DNA from: Eledone cirrhosa
Lineage: Eukaryota
Direction: 5' to 3'
NCBI GenBank assembly: GCA_964016885.1
Contig: OZ024765.1
Span: forward strand, 12,834,001-12,898,000
Length of the DNA stretch: 64,000 bases
The notes below the pieces were generated by a model. The model had not been told where the DNA came from and did not search any database. It saw only the letters and a list, made by a program, of their open reading frames with translations. Below are positions 1 through 11,962 of the stretch, piece after piece. Made by a program: the position numbers and the translations under genes. Every line of letters begins with the position of its first letter. Position 1 is the stretch's first letter.

Positions 1-1396
1 GATTTAAATACTGCGATTTTGTGAGATAAAGGCTTTACCATGAAAATATAATAGTAAATATAGAGTATAAATAGAGTAATGTAAATGCTAATGGGTTAAC
101 CCTTTCCTTACCATATTGCTTATGACATTGAGTTAGTTTGAATGTTGATGTATCATTTTAACTCCTTCCTTTCCCATATTGCTAATGCTATAGAATGTAT
201 TTGAATTGATTAACGAATTTGGATGGATTACTGAATTTACTGCAGAGTCGTTAGAACATCGGATAGAATGCTTTATGGTATTTGTGCCAGCCCTCTGCTC
301 TCTGAGTTCAAATACTGCCAATCCCTTTCTATCTTTCTCTGGAAGAAATCTGCTGTACTCAGGCCTTGGGAGGGATTGGCTCTGCCAGGCTTAAAATTGC
401 CCAAGAAATGCTGTATGTCAATACGGTGCTTCAACGACTCTGTCGGGAGTTATGGGACCCTACATTCATACATGATGGCTGCCCCCTCATTATATCGTGC
501 AATGGCCATTGCGCGATATAACATTATTAATAATTATCAATTAATGCTATCGTGCAATGCCTGTGCGTGAAGATTTTTTTGTAAAGCAAGGAAAGACTCT
601 GCACTGAGCCAATCCCACTCTCTGAGCGACAGTAGCTATAAACCGAAAAGAAGAAAAGATCAACATCATCGGTAACTACTGAGCTGCAGGTTTTATATCA
701 GAGTTATCCCAGTTTCCTGAGTTGCCTTCTCCTAGAAGAATGCCCTGACAAAGGCTAGGGGTCCTTCACTCCCAGTGGTTTAACCGCGCGATCGGGTATC
801 CAGCCCGATTATTTCTATGTCCCTGCACATATACATACACACGCATACATGTATCTACATATATACATATATACACATGCATACATGTATATACATATTT
901 ACACATTTTTCAATTGCCGTTGACTCTTATGAGTTCTTCCGCCCTTTGTCAGGTTTTGTTTTTTGTCCTGCAGGGTGTCCAAAATCACCTTCCTGACCAT
1001 GTAAACTTGGTGGGGTTGCCGGTTTAGTTGCCGACGACTATACATACATACATACATACTGAATATCTGCTACTGCCCTTTGAGAGTTTGTACTTCACCG
1101 GAGCAGTGGAGCAGAGCGGGGAAACTTTGCTCACTGTGGCTCTCTTCCTTTGCCCCCGCTACACACAGCAGTTCTCTTTTTGGTGCCCTGATCAAAAAGA
1201 AACTTTACCCAATGTGGCTCTACTCCTTGTCCTCCTCCTCCTCCTTCCCCACCTCATCCCCTCCCCTCCCCCTCTACACACAGCAGTTCTCCTCTTGGTG
1301 CCCTAATCAAAAAGTTGGAAAAACCAACAACAACACTAAGAAAATCACAACAAACAATACAAAAAAAACACAAAACCACAACAACTTCCGTTAGTC

Positions 1397-1783
1397 TCAG
1401 TCGGTGTCTGATTCACTGCTGCTGCTTTCGGAGAGCTTATACATCACCGGAGCAGTGGTGCGGGCAAATTTTACCGAACGTGGCTCCTTCCCTCTGCCTC
1501 TTCCTCTACCTCTACCTGAAGTAGTTTTACCTCGGCTGCCCTGCTGCCCTCGTCTTTTCATTGGCAACGTAGAGCCACAGCATTTCGGTAGTGAACCATC
1601 CTCTCTCATCTGCTGAACAACCTCTTTAGCTCGCTTCATTCGTTGTTCGTTGATTGAGGTGCTTGGTTGCTCCTGCTGGCATCGTTGCAATGCCCGCTGC
1701 ACTCTTTTGCTGCTGCACTTCTTACCGAGGATGCCCTCAGCAGCCGGTTCCCTGATGAAGAAGCTGGTGATTTCGAGTTGTTG
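1397..1783 (-). CDS. ERCC5: XPG/ERCC5 last coding exon (QQLEITSFF PIP box; basic RG-rich tail)
   Basis: QxxIxxFF PCNA-interaction motif, SKRVQRAL segment and basic tail; in frame with track ORF 1397..1702; TGA stop at 1399-1397. Confidence 0.88.
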   Translation of the reverse strand, partial: QQLEITSFFIREPAAEGILGKKCSSKRVQRALQRCQQEQPSTSINEQRMKRAKEVVQQMREDGSLPKCCGSTLPMKRRGQQGSRGKTTSGRGRGRGRGKEPRSVKFARTTAPVMYKLSESSSSESDTD

Positions 1784-1850
1784 CTGTGGAAGTTAACAGG
1801 AGGAAAAAAAAAGAATTATATAAATATATCGTCCTTACCACCATTATCCC

Positions 1851-1883
<33 letters not shown>

Positions 1884-2124
1884 TCCCACCACCACCACCA
1901 CCATTATAATCCACATCGCTCCCACCACCATTATCATCATCACCATCCTCACCACAACCACCACCATCACCATTATCATCAGCGCCACCAACACCACCAC
2001 TATTATCATCACCATCCTCACAGACGCCAACAATATTACTACCATTATCACCACCACCACCACCATTATCATCGTCACCCCCACCACCACAACGATTATC
2101 ACCACTATCACCATCATCATCATC

Positions 2125-2670
2125 ATCCAGTGGCCTCAGCCAAATTGGACTCTACAATTGATCTCCACGAGGGTCTGTCGTTCATTGTTGTTGCCAAGTC
2201 CTGGATTTCAATACCAGAATCTCTGGAGATGACATCGGGATAGTAGAGCTTGCGCCCCCTGTTATTAGTGACTGCTTGTGGTTTCCAAAGCACTAATGGA
2301 GACACAGCCTCAGAGGTGGCACGATGGCAGTGGCCAGCAAATCGGGATAGGAGAGCTTGTGTCCCTTGTTATTAGTGACTGCTTGTGGTTTCCAAAGCAC
2401 TAATGGGGACACAGCCTCATAGGTGGCACGATGGCAGGGGCCAGCAAATCAACAACAGTGATATCAAGTGCGTCAAGGATTTCAAGTATCTTGGGTCCTG
2501 GATCATCGACTCTGAGAAGGATTTCGCCATCAGAAGGGCCCAAGAATGGTCAGCTTGCAACAAGATGGATTGAGTTTGGTGCTCAAATCTTTCCAACCAC
2601 ACCAAGATCAGACTCTTCCAAGTAACAATTCAGCCAATCTTGCTCTATGGAAGTGAAACATGGACACTTT
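2125..2670. mobile_element. Rearranged LINE RT fragments
   Basis: + strand VKDFKYLGSWI...DFAIRRAQ.WSACNKM...LLYGSETWT; - strand PLVLWK...RGRKL.YPDVI...DRPSWR; short internal duplication. Confidence 0.65.
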
Positions 2671-2787
2671 CATATCACCATAAACAGTATGGGACACATA
2701 TTAAACAATATCGAAAGCATATTAAACAAATATGACAAAGATTATGAAGATAGATGAAAAGATTCATGATAAAATCTGGTTCCTTAC

Positions 2788-2875
2788 TTTGGCAGGTTTG
2801 TTCAATTCAGATAGAACAGGAAGCAAAACGACATCAGTCTTGTTCTTTGTCCAGCCTAATTTCTCAGAGGTATAT
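2788..2875 (-). CDS. ERCC5: XPG/ERCC5 coding exon 13 (YTSEKLGWTKNKTDVVLLPVLSELNKPAK)
   Basis: Conserved GWxxxKTDxxLxPVL motif; 88 nt; preceded by U12 branch site TTCCTTAAC; GTAAGG donor. Confidence 0.93.
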
Positions 2876-3409
2876 CTTGGAACATACAGTTAAGGAAGGC
2901 CATTTGTAAAATGACTAGTGTATTTTGGAAGAACTGTAATAGATATTTGTGAGGTTCTGAGTTCAAAATATTTTCTGTACACATATTTCACTCAGGATTG
3001 AACACATAATCCCCTCTCCTTCATTCAAAACAAAAACCAACAAGTTAGTCATGTCTGGAACATCTTTGATCATAGATCTGCTGGATCAGGACTGACCGGG
3101 GGCTAAACAACAACAACAACAACAACAACCACAACCACAACCACAAAGAAGGACACATTAGATAATGTAGTTCTAGATACACTATGTCTGAATAAAAGAC
3201 AGGATGGTCACAGCTAGAACAGTTTGGGTCAGGACTGACCAGGAGCTAAACAACAAGGAAGGACACATGAGATAATGTAGTCCTAGATACACTATGTCTG
3301 AATAAAAGACAGGATGGTCGCAACTGGAACATCTTAGATCAGAGGTTTGCTGGATCAGGGCTGATCTGTAGTTAAACAATTTACGATAACCCCCATTTAC
3401 AAAGGATAC
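2876..3409 (-). other. U12-type (minor spliceosome) GT-AG intron of ERCC5
   Basis: 5' site GTATCCTTT (3409-3401); branch site TTCCTTAAC (2897-2889) 13 nt before the exon; no polypyrimidine tract. Confidence 0.93.
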
Positions 3410-3512
3410 AACCGAAGCTCATCTAACTTTGGCAGGGCCCAGGAAAAAGAGTCTTCTGATTCATCTACTTCTGGGTTTTCATATGCTTCAATAACAGCCC
3501 CATTTGGGAAAC
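3410..3512 (-). CDS. ERCC5: XPG/ERCC5 coding exon 12 ([34 protein letters not shown])
   Basis: Conserved FPNxxVxxAYxxPxVDxS...FxW motif; 103 nt; followed by U12-type donor GTATCCTTT. Confidence 0.95.
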
Positions 3513-3625
3513 CTGGAAATATTAAGGACACAATGTAAGGATCACTATCATCAACATCACTTCTGTATATATATATATATAGATATAACTATATTATAAA
3601 CTTCAGCTGCTTAGCACACACCTTT

Positions 3626-4135
3626 CATCATCATCATCATTTTACGTCTGCTTTTCCCTGCTTGCAAGGGTGGGACGGGTCCTTTTCAGCACAGCATCTC
3701 TCCATTCATCACGGTCCTTCGTCATCTCCTCAGTGAGCTTCAGCGATCTGAGGTCAGCTCTCCACCTCCGCCCATGATTTTCATGGTCTTCCTCTACTGC
3801 GTCTTCCTTCTACTGGGATTTCTTGGCACTTCTTTACCCAGTGGTCATCCTCCATGCACATCACAAGTCCATACCAACGCAGTCTTCTCTCCCGCACACT
3901 ACAGCTTATCCCTCTTATACCCAGTTTCTCTCTCAACTCGTCCATGCTTGGTCGTTCACGCACATTGACATTGCACATCTAACGGAGCATACTTGCTTCA
4001 TTTCTCTCCAGCCGTCGCATATCCTCTGCAGTTGCTGCCTATGTCTCACTACCATGCAGCATCGCACATCTCACACAGGCTTTATATAACCGACCTTTCG
4101 TTCGTAGGGAGAAACCCTTCTTTGTTAACAGAGGA
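3626..4135 (-). mobile_element. RTE LINE 3' fragment with intact tail and (ATG)n end
   Basis: MCNVNVRER...RERRLRWYG...GRP, followed by the tail cccgtcccacccttgcaagcagggaaaagcagacgtaaa(atg)n. Confidence 0.8.
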
Positions 4136-4920
4136 AGCGGCTCCCAAAACTTTATATATATATCATCATCATCATCATCCTCATCACTATTTAACGTCTA
4201 TTTTTCCATGCTTGAATGAGTTAGATCGGTCATCCACGTTATGAGATAAGTCTAGCCAGCTGGCCACGCCATCCCTTGCTCAAACAGAACTGTATTTTGG
4301 CTGGGTTTTTTTCGTGTTAGGATGCCCCTCCTAACACCAATAATGTTTACAGTGTGGAACTGGGTGGTCCCATTATGAAGGAGGTCTGACCAGTTGGCCA
4401 CACCATGCCTTGTTCACAGTGGGACCATGTTAGGGCTGGGGTTTTACGACTGCTGGATGCCCTCATACCATCAACTGCGTTTACAGTGTGGAACTGGGTG
4501 GCACTGTTGTGAGACAAGTCTGGCCAGTTGGCCGTGTTGTACCTTGCTCAAAATGGGACACTATTTTGGCTGTGATTATCATCATCATCCATCATTTAAC
4601 GTCCATCGTCGACGCTAGCATGGGTTGGACGGGTTTGTCCCACCTGAGGCAAGATTGGTCGGGAGACCGTGTCTCGCTCATACAGAACCGTTTCTGGCAG
4701 GTTTTCTATGGCTGGATGCCCTTTGTAACACCAACAACATTTACAGTGTGGACTGGGAGCCTTTTGTCGTGTCACCTACACGACCACCTTACAGTGTGGA
4801 CTGGGAGCCTTTTGTCGTGTCTCCTACACGACCACCTTACAGTGGACGGAAGTGAGAGGATGGAGTAGGGGGTGCAGGTTGGGATTATATATATATATAT
4901 ATAAGAAATCTTCTATATAT

Positions 4921-5250
4921 GGAGGCACATGGCTTAGTGGTTAGAGCATTGGCCTTGCAATCGAAAGGTTGTGAGTTCAATTCTCAGACCGGGTGATGTG
5001 TTGTTTCCTTGAGCAAGACACTTTATTTCACATTGCTCCAGTTTACTCAGCTGTAGAAATGAGATGAAAGGGACTGGGATCCCTATCATTCCACTGCAAA
5101 GTGGTCGTGGAGGTGCCACGGCAAAAAAGCACCCAGCACTCACTGTAAATGAGGTTGGTGTTAGGAAGGGCATCCAGCTGTAGAAATCAAGCCAGAATCA
5201 GTTCCCGTCCCACCCCTGCAAGCAGGGAAAAGCGGACGTAAAATGAAATG
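4921..5250 (+). mobile_element. Full-length tRNA-derived SINE with RTE-like tail
   Basis: A box TGGCTTAGTGG, B box GTTCAATTC; near-identical copy at 6750-7080; 3' tail shared with the LINE at 3626. Confidence 0.88.
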
Positions 5251-5378
5251 AATATATGTATATAAAAGGTAAACAGAAATAACAACACAATCGGTACAGT
5301 ATATGGAAGGGATATATTAGGTTAACGTTTGATTATACATACATACATACAGAGAGAGAGAGAACAACAAAGTCCTAC

Positions 5379-5467
5379 CATCATGAATCTCCATTTGTCT
5401 CAGTTTCGACTTCAGTTTGATTTCCTGAGGAATTTTTATCTGATCCCTTGTAGAATCCCACCAGTCC
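5379..5467 (-). CDS. ERCC5: XPG/ERCC5 coding exon 11 (DWWDSTRDQIKIPQEIKLKSKLRQMEIHD)
   Basis: Conserved xWW motif and basic helix; 89 nt, phase 2 to 1. Confidence 0.88.
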
Positions 5468-5519
5468 CTGCAATGGAAAATGAAAGGAAAGTTACACTCC
5501 TCACCTATGATAGGTGCCT

Positions 5520-6062
5520 TAGTCCTACCATATTGTTTTTGTCACAGCTCATACTTATGTAGATTTAGTTAGTCTCCCATGAGGTTGTCTTTCATAGGCA
5601 ATTTCTCATGTGTTTTAATGAAAAGGAGCCTCAATCATATATTGATTTTGTTAAAGCTCACACCTCTGTAGGTTAGTTGGCCTTCATGAGGTAACTCCAT
5701 AGAAGATTTCTTAGGTTTTTTAACATAAGGGGGCTCCAGAACTATCATGTTGTTGTGACAGCTCTCACATATGTAGGTTTAACTGGTCTGCTCTGAGGTT
5801 GTATCTTATGGGCGGTTTCCTGGGTGTTTTAATGACAGGAGCCCAGTCCTATCATGTTGTTGTTACAGCTCATACTTATGTAGGTTTAGCTAGTCTCCTA
5901 TGAGGTTACATATCATAGGAGGTTTTTTTTTATGATAGGGGCTCCAGTTCTATCATGTTGTGGTTGTGACAGCTCTTACTTATGTAGTTTTTGCTGGTCT
6001 TCTATGAGGTTGTATTTCATAGGTTTATCAGGTGTTTTAATGATAGGAGTCCAGTCCTATCA
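5520..6062. repeat. Degenerate ~106-bp tandem repeat (~5 units)
   Basis: ctatcatgttgttgtgacagctc..acttatgtaggttt recurs at about 5525, 5635, 5742, 5849 and 5950. Confidence 0.75.
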
Positions 6063-6334
6063 GCTTTTACTACTACACCAACACTACCACTGCTACTACT
6101 ACTGCTACTACTACTACAACCACTGCTACTACTACTACTACCACTACTACTACTACTACCACTACTACTACTACCACTACGACCACTACTACTACTGCCA
6201 CTACTACTACCACTACCACTACCACTACTACTACTACTGCTACCACCACCACTACTACTACTACAACCACCACTACCACCACCACCACTACTACTACTAC
6301 TATCACTTCAGTGTTAATGTGATGTATTACTCAC

Positions 6335-6479
6335 TTGAGAGTTTTCAAACCATCCAGGTCTTTACCCTTGAATTCTGCAAGTACTTCAAGGGCTGTGACT
6401 GGTCCAACTCCTGCAATTCCAGGGGCATAGTCACTGCCACACAGTAGCGCCATTTTGATCATTCTTTCACGCTCCAGAC
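6335..6479 (-). CDS. ERCC5: XPG/ERCC5 coding exon 10, helix-two-turn-helix (ALLCGSDYAPGIAGVGPVTALEVLAEF)
   Basis: GSDY catalytic Asp and GIxGVGP motif; 145 nt, CAG/GTGAGT boundaries. Confidence 0.97.
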
Positions 6480-6749
6480 CTGCAACAATAACAACAACAA
6501 CAATAACATCATCATCATCATAAATCACATACTGTATAAAGTGGTAGGGCTGATATCACAATAAAATGCTTTATTTTTGTACTCAGCTGAAAATGAGTAC
6601 CAGCAATAGCTGGGGGTTTAACCCTGCGATGGACTGGCGTCCTGTCCAAGGGTGGGAGTCTTGACAAATTCCCGAGCTGTCCCGGGTAACATACACTTTA
6701 ACTAAGCTACTGCCAGCATGGAAGGCAGATGTAATATTATGATGATAAT

Positions 6750-7095
6750 GGAGGCACATGGCTTAGTGGTTAGAGCATTGGCCTTGCAATCGAAAGGTTG
6801 TGAGTTCAATTCTCAGACCGGGTGATGTGTTGTTTCCTTGAGCAAGACACTTTATTTCACATTGCTCCAGTTTACTCAGCTGTAGAAATGAGATGATAGG
6901 GACTGGGGTCCCTATCATTCCACTGCAAAGTGGACGTGGAGGTGCCACGGCAAAAAAGCACCCAGCACTCACTGTAAATGAGGTTGGTGTTAGGAAGGGC
7001 ATCCAGCTGTAGAAATCAAGCCAGAATCAGTTCCCGTCCCACCCTTGCAAGCAGGGAAAAGCGGACGTAAAATGAAATGATGATGATGATGATGA
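6750..7095 (+). mobile_element. Second full-length copy of the same SINE
   Basis: Near-identical to 4921-5250; ends in (ATG)n. Confidence 0.88.
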
Positions 7096-7282
7096 TAATG
7101 GTGATGATGATTGTGGCAGTGGTAGAAGTGGTTATGAGGATGATGATGGTGGTAGTGATGATGATAGTGGTGGTGGTGGTGGTGATGATGACGGTGATTA
7201 TGATTGTGAAAAAAACAAAACACCCTGTACACTCTGTAAAGTGATATGCTGGCAGATCTATATATCTTCATTATACTACTAA

Positions 7283-7470
7283 GGGCGGTGGATTGGCAGT
7301 ATCGGTAGAGGGTCGGACGCCATGCTTTCCAGCATAGTTACGTCCCTTTACGATCTGGGTTCAAATCTCGCCGAGGTTGACTTTGTCTTTCATCCTTACG
7401 GGGTCGATAAAATAAAGTACCAGTAATGCACTGGGTAGTTGCTGGCCTTGTGCCTAAAGTAGAAACAATT
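7283..7470 (+). mobile_element. Second tRNA-derived SINE family (gcctttcatcctt..ggggtcgataaa core)
   Basis: A/B-box-like head; copies at about 8820-9010, 13530-13745(-), 17040-17230(-), 23295-23430, 23690-23820, 34780-34920, 38310-38490(-) and 55990-56225(-). Confidence 0.8.
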
Positions 7471-7481
7471 ATACTACTTAC

Positions 7482-7695
7482 CCAGTGTTTTCTTCACTTC
7501 GGTCATCGTGAAAAACTCCACCTGTTTGTTTTGGTTGAAAAAGTTCTTGTAGACCTTCTCTCCTCCAAACAACCACACATCACTGTCGTCTGTGATTGTA
7601 CCGTCTGTCTGCTTTGTTATGTCTAGGTAGGCACACTGTGCCTCAGCTTCCATTGGCGACACAATGAATGGCACACCAAACAGTTGTAACAGCTC
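7482..7695 (-). CDS. ERCC5: XPG/ERCC5 coding exon 9, I-domain ([24 protein letters not shown]...[10 protein letters not shown])
   Basis: Catalytic EAEAQ and TDDSD motifs; 214 nt, CAG/GTAAGT boundaries. Confidence 0.97.
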
Positions 7696-8491
7696 CTGTT
7701 GATGACACACGACATTCGTTTAGGAAAACAACCATATATATATCGACAGTCGATCGACTTTCGTCAAATTGGACCGAGGAAACAATGTTTCCGTTGGTCT
7801 TTCCAATTGCTAATACTCTCTATCGGTCGCAACTCCAGGTAGAAGGAGCAACGTGAAATAAAGTGTCTTGCCCAAGGACATAATGCATCACCTGGTCCAG
7901 GAATCGAACTCACAACCTCACGACTGTGAATCCAATTCTCTAACCACTCAGCTTGCTTGTATATTACTAAAAGTCTGTGATGGCTTGCTTGGCTGTAACA
8001 TAATGCAGCCAAAAGGGTGCACAATGGCAAAATACTTTGAAAGGAAGTTGACCCTGAAATTGGGATACAAATGGAATAAATCGAAGCACGGTCCCCGAGA
8101 TATGGGGTTTTCTGGGTACCTTCATAAACAGGGAGAGAGAGAGAAAGTTAGAGAGAAAGAGATAGTGGTTGTGAGAGAGTAGATTGAAAGAGAGACATAG
8201 AGAGAGGGAAAGGAGACAGAAAGGGAGAATAGAAGAGTGGTGGTGGTGGTGTTGTGTATATATATATATATTTGAGTGTGTGTGTGTATATATTTATGAC
8301 CAGTGTGTATAGATCACAGACACCCACATATATATATATATACACACGTACATATTCATATATATACATACACACACGTATATATATATATATATATAGA
8401 CAGTCCTATGCGAGCAAGACAATCACTCTTTCCTCAAGTGGGACTACCCCCGTCCAAACCCATGCAAGCGTGGAACACGGACGTTAAACGT

Positions 8492-8522
<31 letters not shown>

Positions 8523-8737
8523 ATGGGACTCCCAGTTTCATTTCACATTATATACATGTCTGTGTATATTTTAATTATTTAAAAATTATTTTTAAGTAAA
8601 AAAATATTTTGAAGTGAACGTGACCTGTTGAGTCACTGGTGGTCTAGTATATATATATAAAATGGCTGACTGAATACAGTTCCTGCCTCTTCTTACTCTC
8701 ATCTATCTTTCTATTTCATCTTTTAGTTCTCATTCTA

Positions 8738-8773
8738 TCTTCTGATGAAGGACTAGTGTCCAAAACGTCAAGA
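8738..8773 (+). ncRNA. Degenerate minimal hammerhead (GAAA changed to AAAA)
   Basis: tctt-CTGATGA-aggactagtgtcc-AAAA-cg-TC-aaga; same 3' flank (atttcaagcgttaa) as the 29083 copy. Confidence 0.6.
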
Positions 8774-9826
8774 ATCTTTCCCTGTTATTTCAAGCGTTAA
8801 ACATTATGTTTAGATAGCATGGCGGTGGATTGGCAGTATCGGTAGAGGGTCGGACGCCATGCTTTGACACATAGAGTTACGACCCTTGCCATTCTGAGTT
8901 CAAATCCCGCCGAGGTTAACTTTGCCTTTCATCCTTACGGGGGTCGAAAAAATAAGGTACCAGTAATGCACTGGGTAATTGCTGGCCTTGTGCCTAAAGT
9001 AGAAACAATTGTGTTTAGATAGCATAATTTTGTAAATTCCCACAAGTGATGGAAAATATTTGTTGTAATATTTTGATAATCTAAAATGCTTTTAAGTGTT
9101 GGTTAGAGTGGAGTTTTTTTACCAGTTCATGCCTGTATGTGTATGTGTGTACATGTGTGTGAGTGTACATGTGTGTGTGTGTGTGTTTAAACATACCTGT
9201 GCTTCTAGTCACATGTGATGGTTGATGTGTGTGAGTGCATGTGTGTGTATGTGTATGTCTGTGTATGTGTGTGAGTGTACATGTGTGTGTGTGTGTGTTT
9301 AAACATACCTGTGCTTCTAGTCACATGTGATGGTTGATGTGTGTGAGTGTACATGTGTGTATGTGTGGTTAGAGTGGAGTTTTTTTACCAGTTCATGCCT
9401 GTATGTGTATGTCTGTGCATGTGTGTGAGTGTACATGTGTGTATGTGTACATTATGTGCATATGTATGTATACATGTGTGTGTGTGTGTACATTATGTAC
9501 GTGTGTGTGCATATGTATGTATACATGTGTGTGTATGTGTACATGTGTGTGTGTCCATGTGTGTGTGCATATGTATGTATACATGTGTGTGTGCATATGT
9601 ATGTATACATGTGTGTGTGTACATTATGTACGTGTGTGTGCATATGTATGTATACATGTGTGTGTGCATATGTATGTATACATGTGTGTGTATGTGTACA
9701 TGTGTGTGTGCATATGTATGTATACATGTGTGTGTATGTGTACATGTGTGTGTGCATATGTATGTATACATGTGTGTGTATGTGTACATTATGTACATGT
9801 GTGTGTGTGTCTGTGTTTAAACATAC

Positions 9827-9946
9827 CTGTGCTTCTAGTCTCATCTGTTCTGAAATGGTGGTTGCCAGTCTCTCCTGCTTTCCTCGTTCTTGCAGCAAAG
9901 CATTGCTCTCTGCTTCCAGTTCTGATTTCATAGTCAACATGTTCTC
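9827..9946 (-). CDS. ERCC5: XPG/ERCC5 coding exon 8 (ENMLTMKSELEAE...KQERLATTISEQMRLEAQ)
   Basis: Conserved helix preceding the XPG I-domain; 120 nt, CAG/GTATGT boundaries. Confidence 0.92.
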
Positions 9947-10560
9947 CTGTGTGAGTGACCATTGGTCAAAGACAATAAACAAATATATTATCATCATTGT
10001 TGTCGTCATCTAGTTTAAACCCTTTAGCTTTTAAACTGGTCATATCCGGCCAGAATTCTCTCACCTCTTTCTGTTCAAACCGGCTGTAACCAGCCACTTT
10101 ATACTGACACTAGTAAAAATACTATAAACATTTGAATTACCAAACTACGTTATCAAGATATTATTGAAGATTGCAAAACAGCACCGTGGCTGCATTAACC
10201 CTTTAGCTTTTAAACCGGCCATATCCGGCCAGAATTTTCTCACCTCTTTCTGTTCAAACTGGTCGTAACCAGCTGCTCATATTGATGATAAGGTATTGTT
10301 CTCAAAATAAATAATATTAAAATCTCATAGATTCAACATGATTTGAGATAATTATGTGAGATAAATCCTTTACCATGAAAATATAATAGTAAATATAGAG
10401 TAATCATCATCATCATCGTTTAACGTCCATCTTCCACGCTAGCATGGGTTGGACAGTTTTGTTCCACTCGAGGCGGAATTGGTTGGAAGACTGTGTCTCA
10501 CTCGTATAGAACTGTCCCTGGCAGATTTTCTACAGCTGGATGCCCTTCCTAACATCAACC

Positions 10561-11830
10561 ACTGGGTGCCTTTTTACCATGTCTCCTACACAACCCCTTT
10601 ACAGTGAGGACTGGGAGCCTTTTTACCGTATCTCCTACATGACCCCTTTACAGTGAGGACTGGGAGCCTTTTTACCGTATCTCCTACACGACCCCTTTAC
10701 AGTGAGGACTGGGAGCCTTTTTACCGTATCTCCTACACAACTCCTTTACAGTGAGGACTGGGAGCCTTTTTACCGTATCTCCTACACAACCCCTTTACAG
10801 TGTGGACTGGGAGCCTTTTTACCGTATCTCCTACACGACTCCTTTACAGTGAGGACTGGGAGCCTTTTTACCGTATCTCCTACACGACTCCTTTACAGTG
10901 AGGACTGGGAGCCTTTTTACCGTATCTCCTACACGACCCCTTTACAGTGAGGACTGGGAGCCTTTTTACCGTATCTCCTACACGACCCCTTTACAGTGAG
11001 GACTGGGAGCCTTTTTACCGTATCTCCTACACGACCCCTTTACAGTGTGGACTGGGAGCCTTTTTACCGTATCTCCTACACGACCCCTTTACAGTGAGGA
11101 CTGGGAGCCTTTTTACCGTATCTCCTACACAACCCCTTTACAGTGAGGACTGGGAGCCTTTTTACCGTATCTCCTACACAACTCCTTTACAGTGAGGACT
11201 GGGAGCCTTTTTACCGTATCTCCTACACAACCCCTTTACAGTGAGGACTGGGAGCCTTTTTACCGTATCTCCTACACGACCCCTTTACAGTGTGGACTGG
11301 GAGCCTTTTTACCGTATCTCCTACACAACCCCTTTACAGTGAGGACTGGGAGCCTTTTTACCGTATCTCCTACACGACCCCTTTACAGTGTGGACTGGGA
11401 GCCTTTTTACCGTATCTCCTACACGACTCCTTTACAGTGAGGACTGGGAGGCTTTTTACCGTATCTCCTACATGACCCCTTTACAGTGTGGACTGGGAGC
11501 CTTTTTACCGTATCTCCTACACGACTCCTTTACAGTGAGGACTGGGAGCCTTTTTACCGTATCTCCTACACGACCCCTTTACAGTGAGGACTGGGAGCCT
11601 TTTTACCGTATCTCCTACACGACCCCTTTACAGTGTGGACTGGGTGCTTTTTTGTTGTGTCACTGACACGACCCCTTTACAGTGTGGACTGGGAGCCTTT
11701 TTACCGTATCTCCTACACGACCCCTTTACAGTGAGGACTGGGAGCCTTTTTACCGTATCTCCTACACGACCCCTTTACAGTGTGGACTGGGTGCTTTTTT
11801 GTTGTGTCACTGACACGACCACTTTACAGT
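10561..11830. repeat. 49-bp tandem array (~26 copies) inside a SINE
   Basis: Unit tttacagtgaggactgggagcctttttaccgtatctcctacacgacccc; the host SINE (10404-11882) has TSD tagagtaat. Confidence 0.95.
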
Positions 11831-11962
11831 GGACGGAAATTGGAGGATGAGATAGGGTGTGTAGGGTGGAGTGTATTGGGTTTAGAGTAATGTAAATGCT
11901 AAAGGGTTAAGTGATGATGATGATGATGATAAAACATACTGCCATGAAAGGTTTAAACTTAC

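Noticed and set aside
3521-3528. TCCTTAAT resembling a U12 branch site before exon 12
   Set aside because: The matching donor (GTAGGA at 5378) is U2-like; probably coincidental.
4921-4995. tRNA gene
   Set aside because: A/B boxes are present but it continues into a multi-copy SINE body with no convincing cloverleaf.
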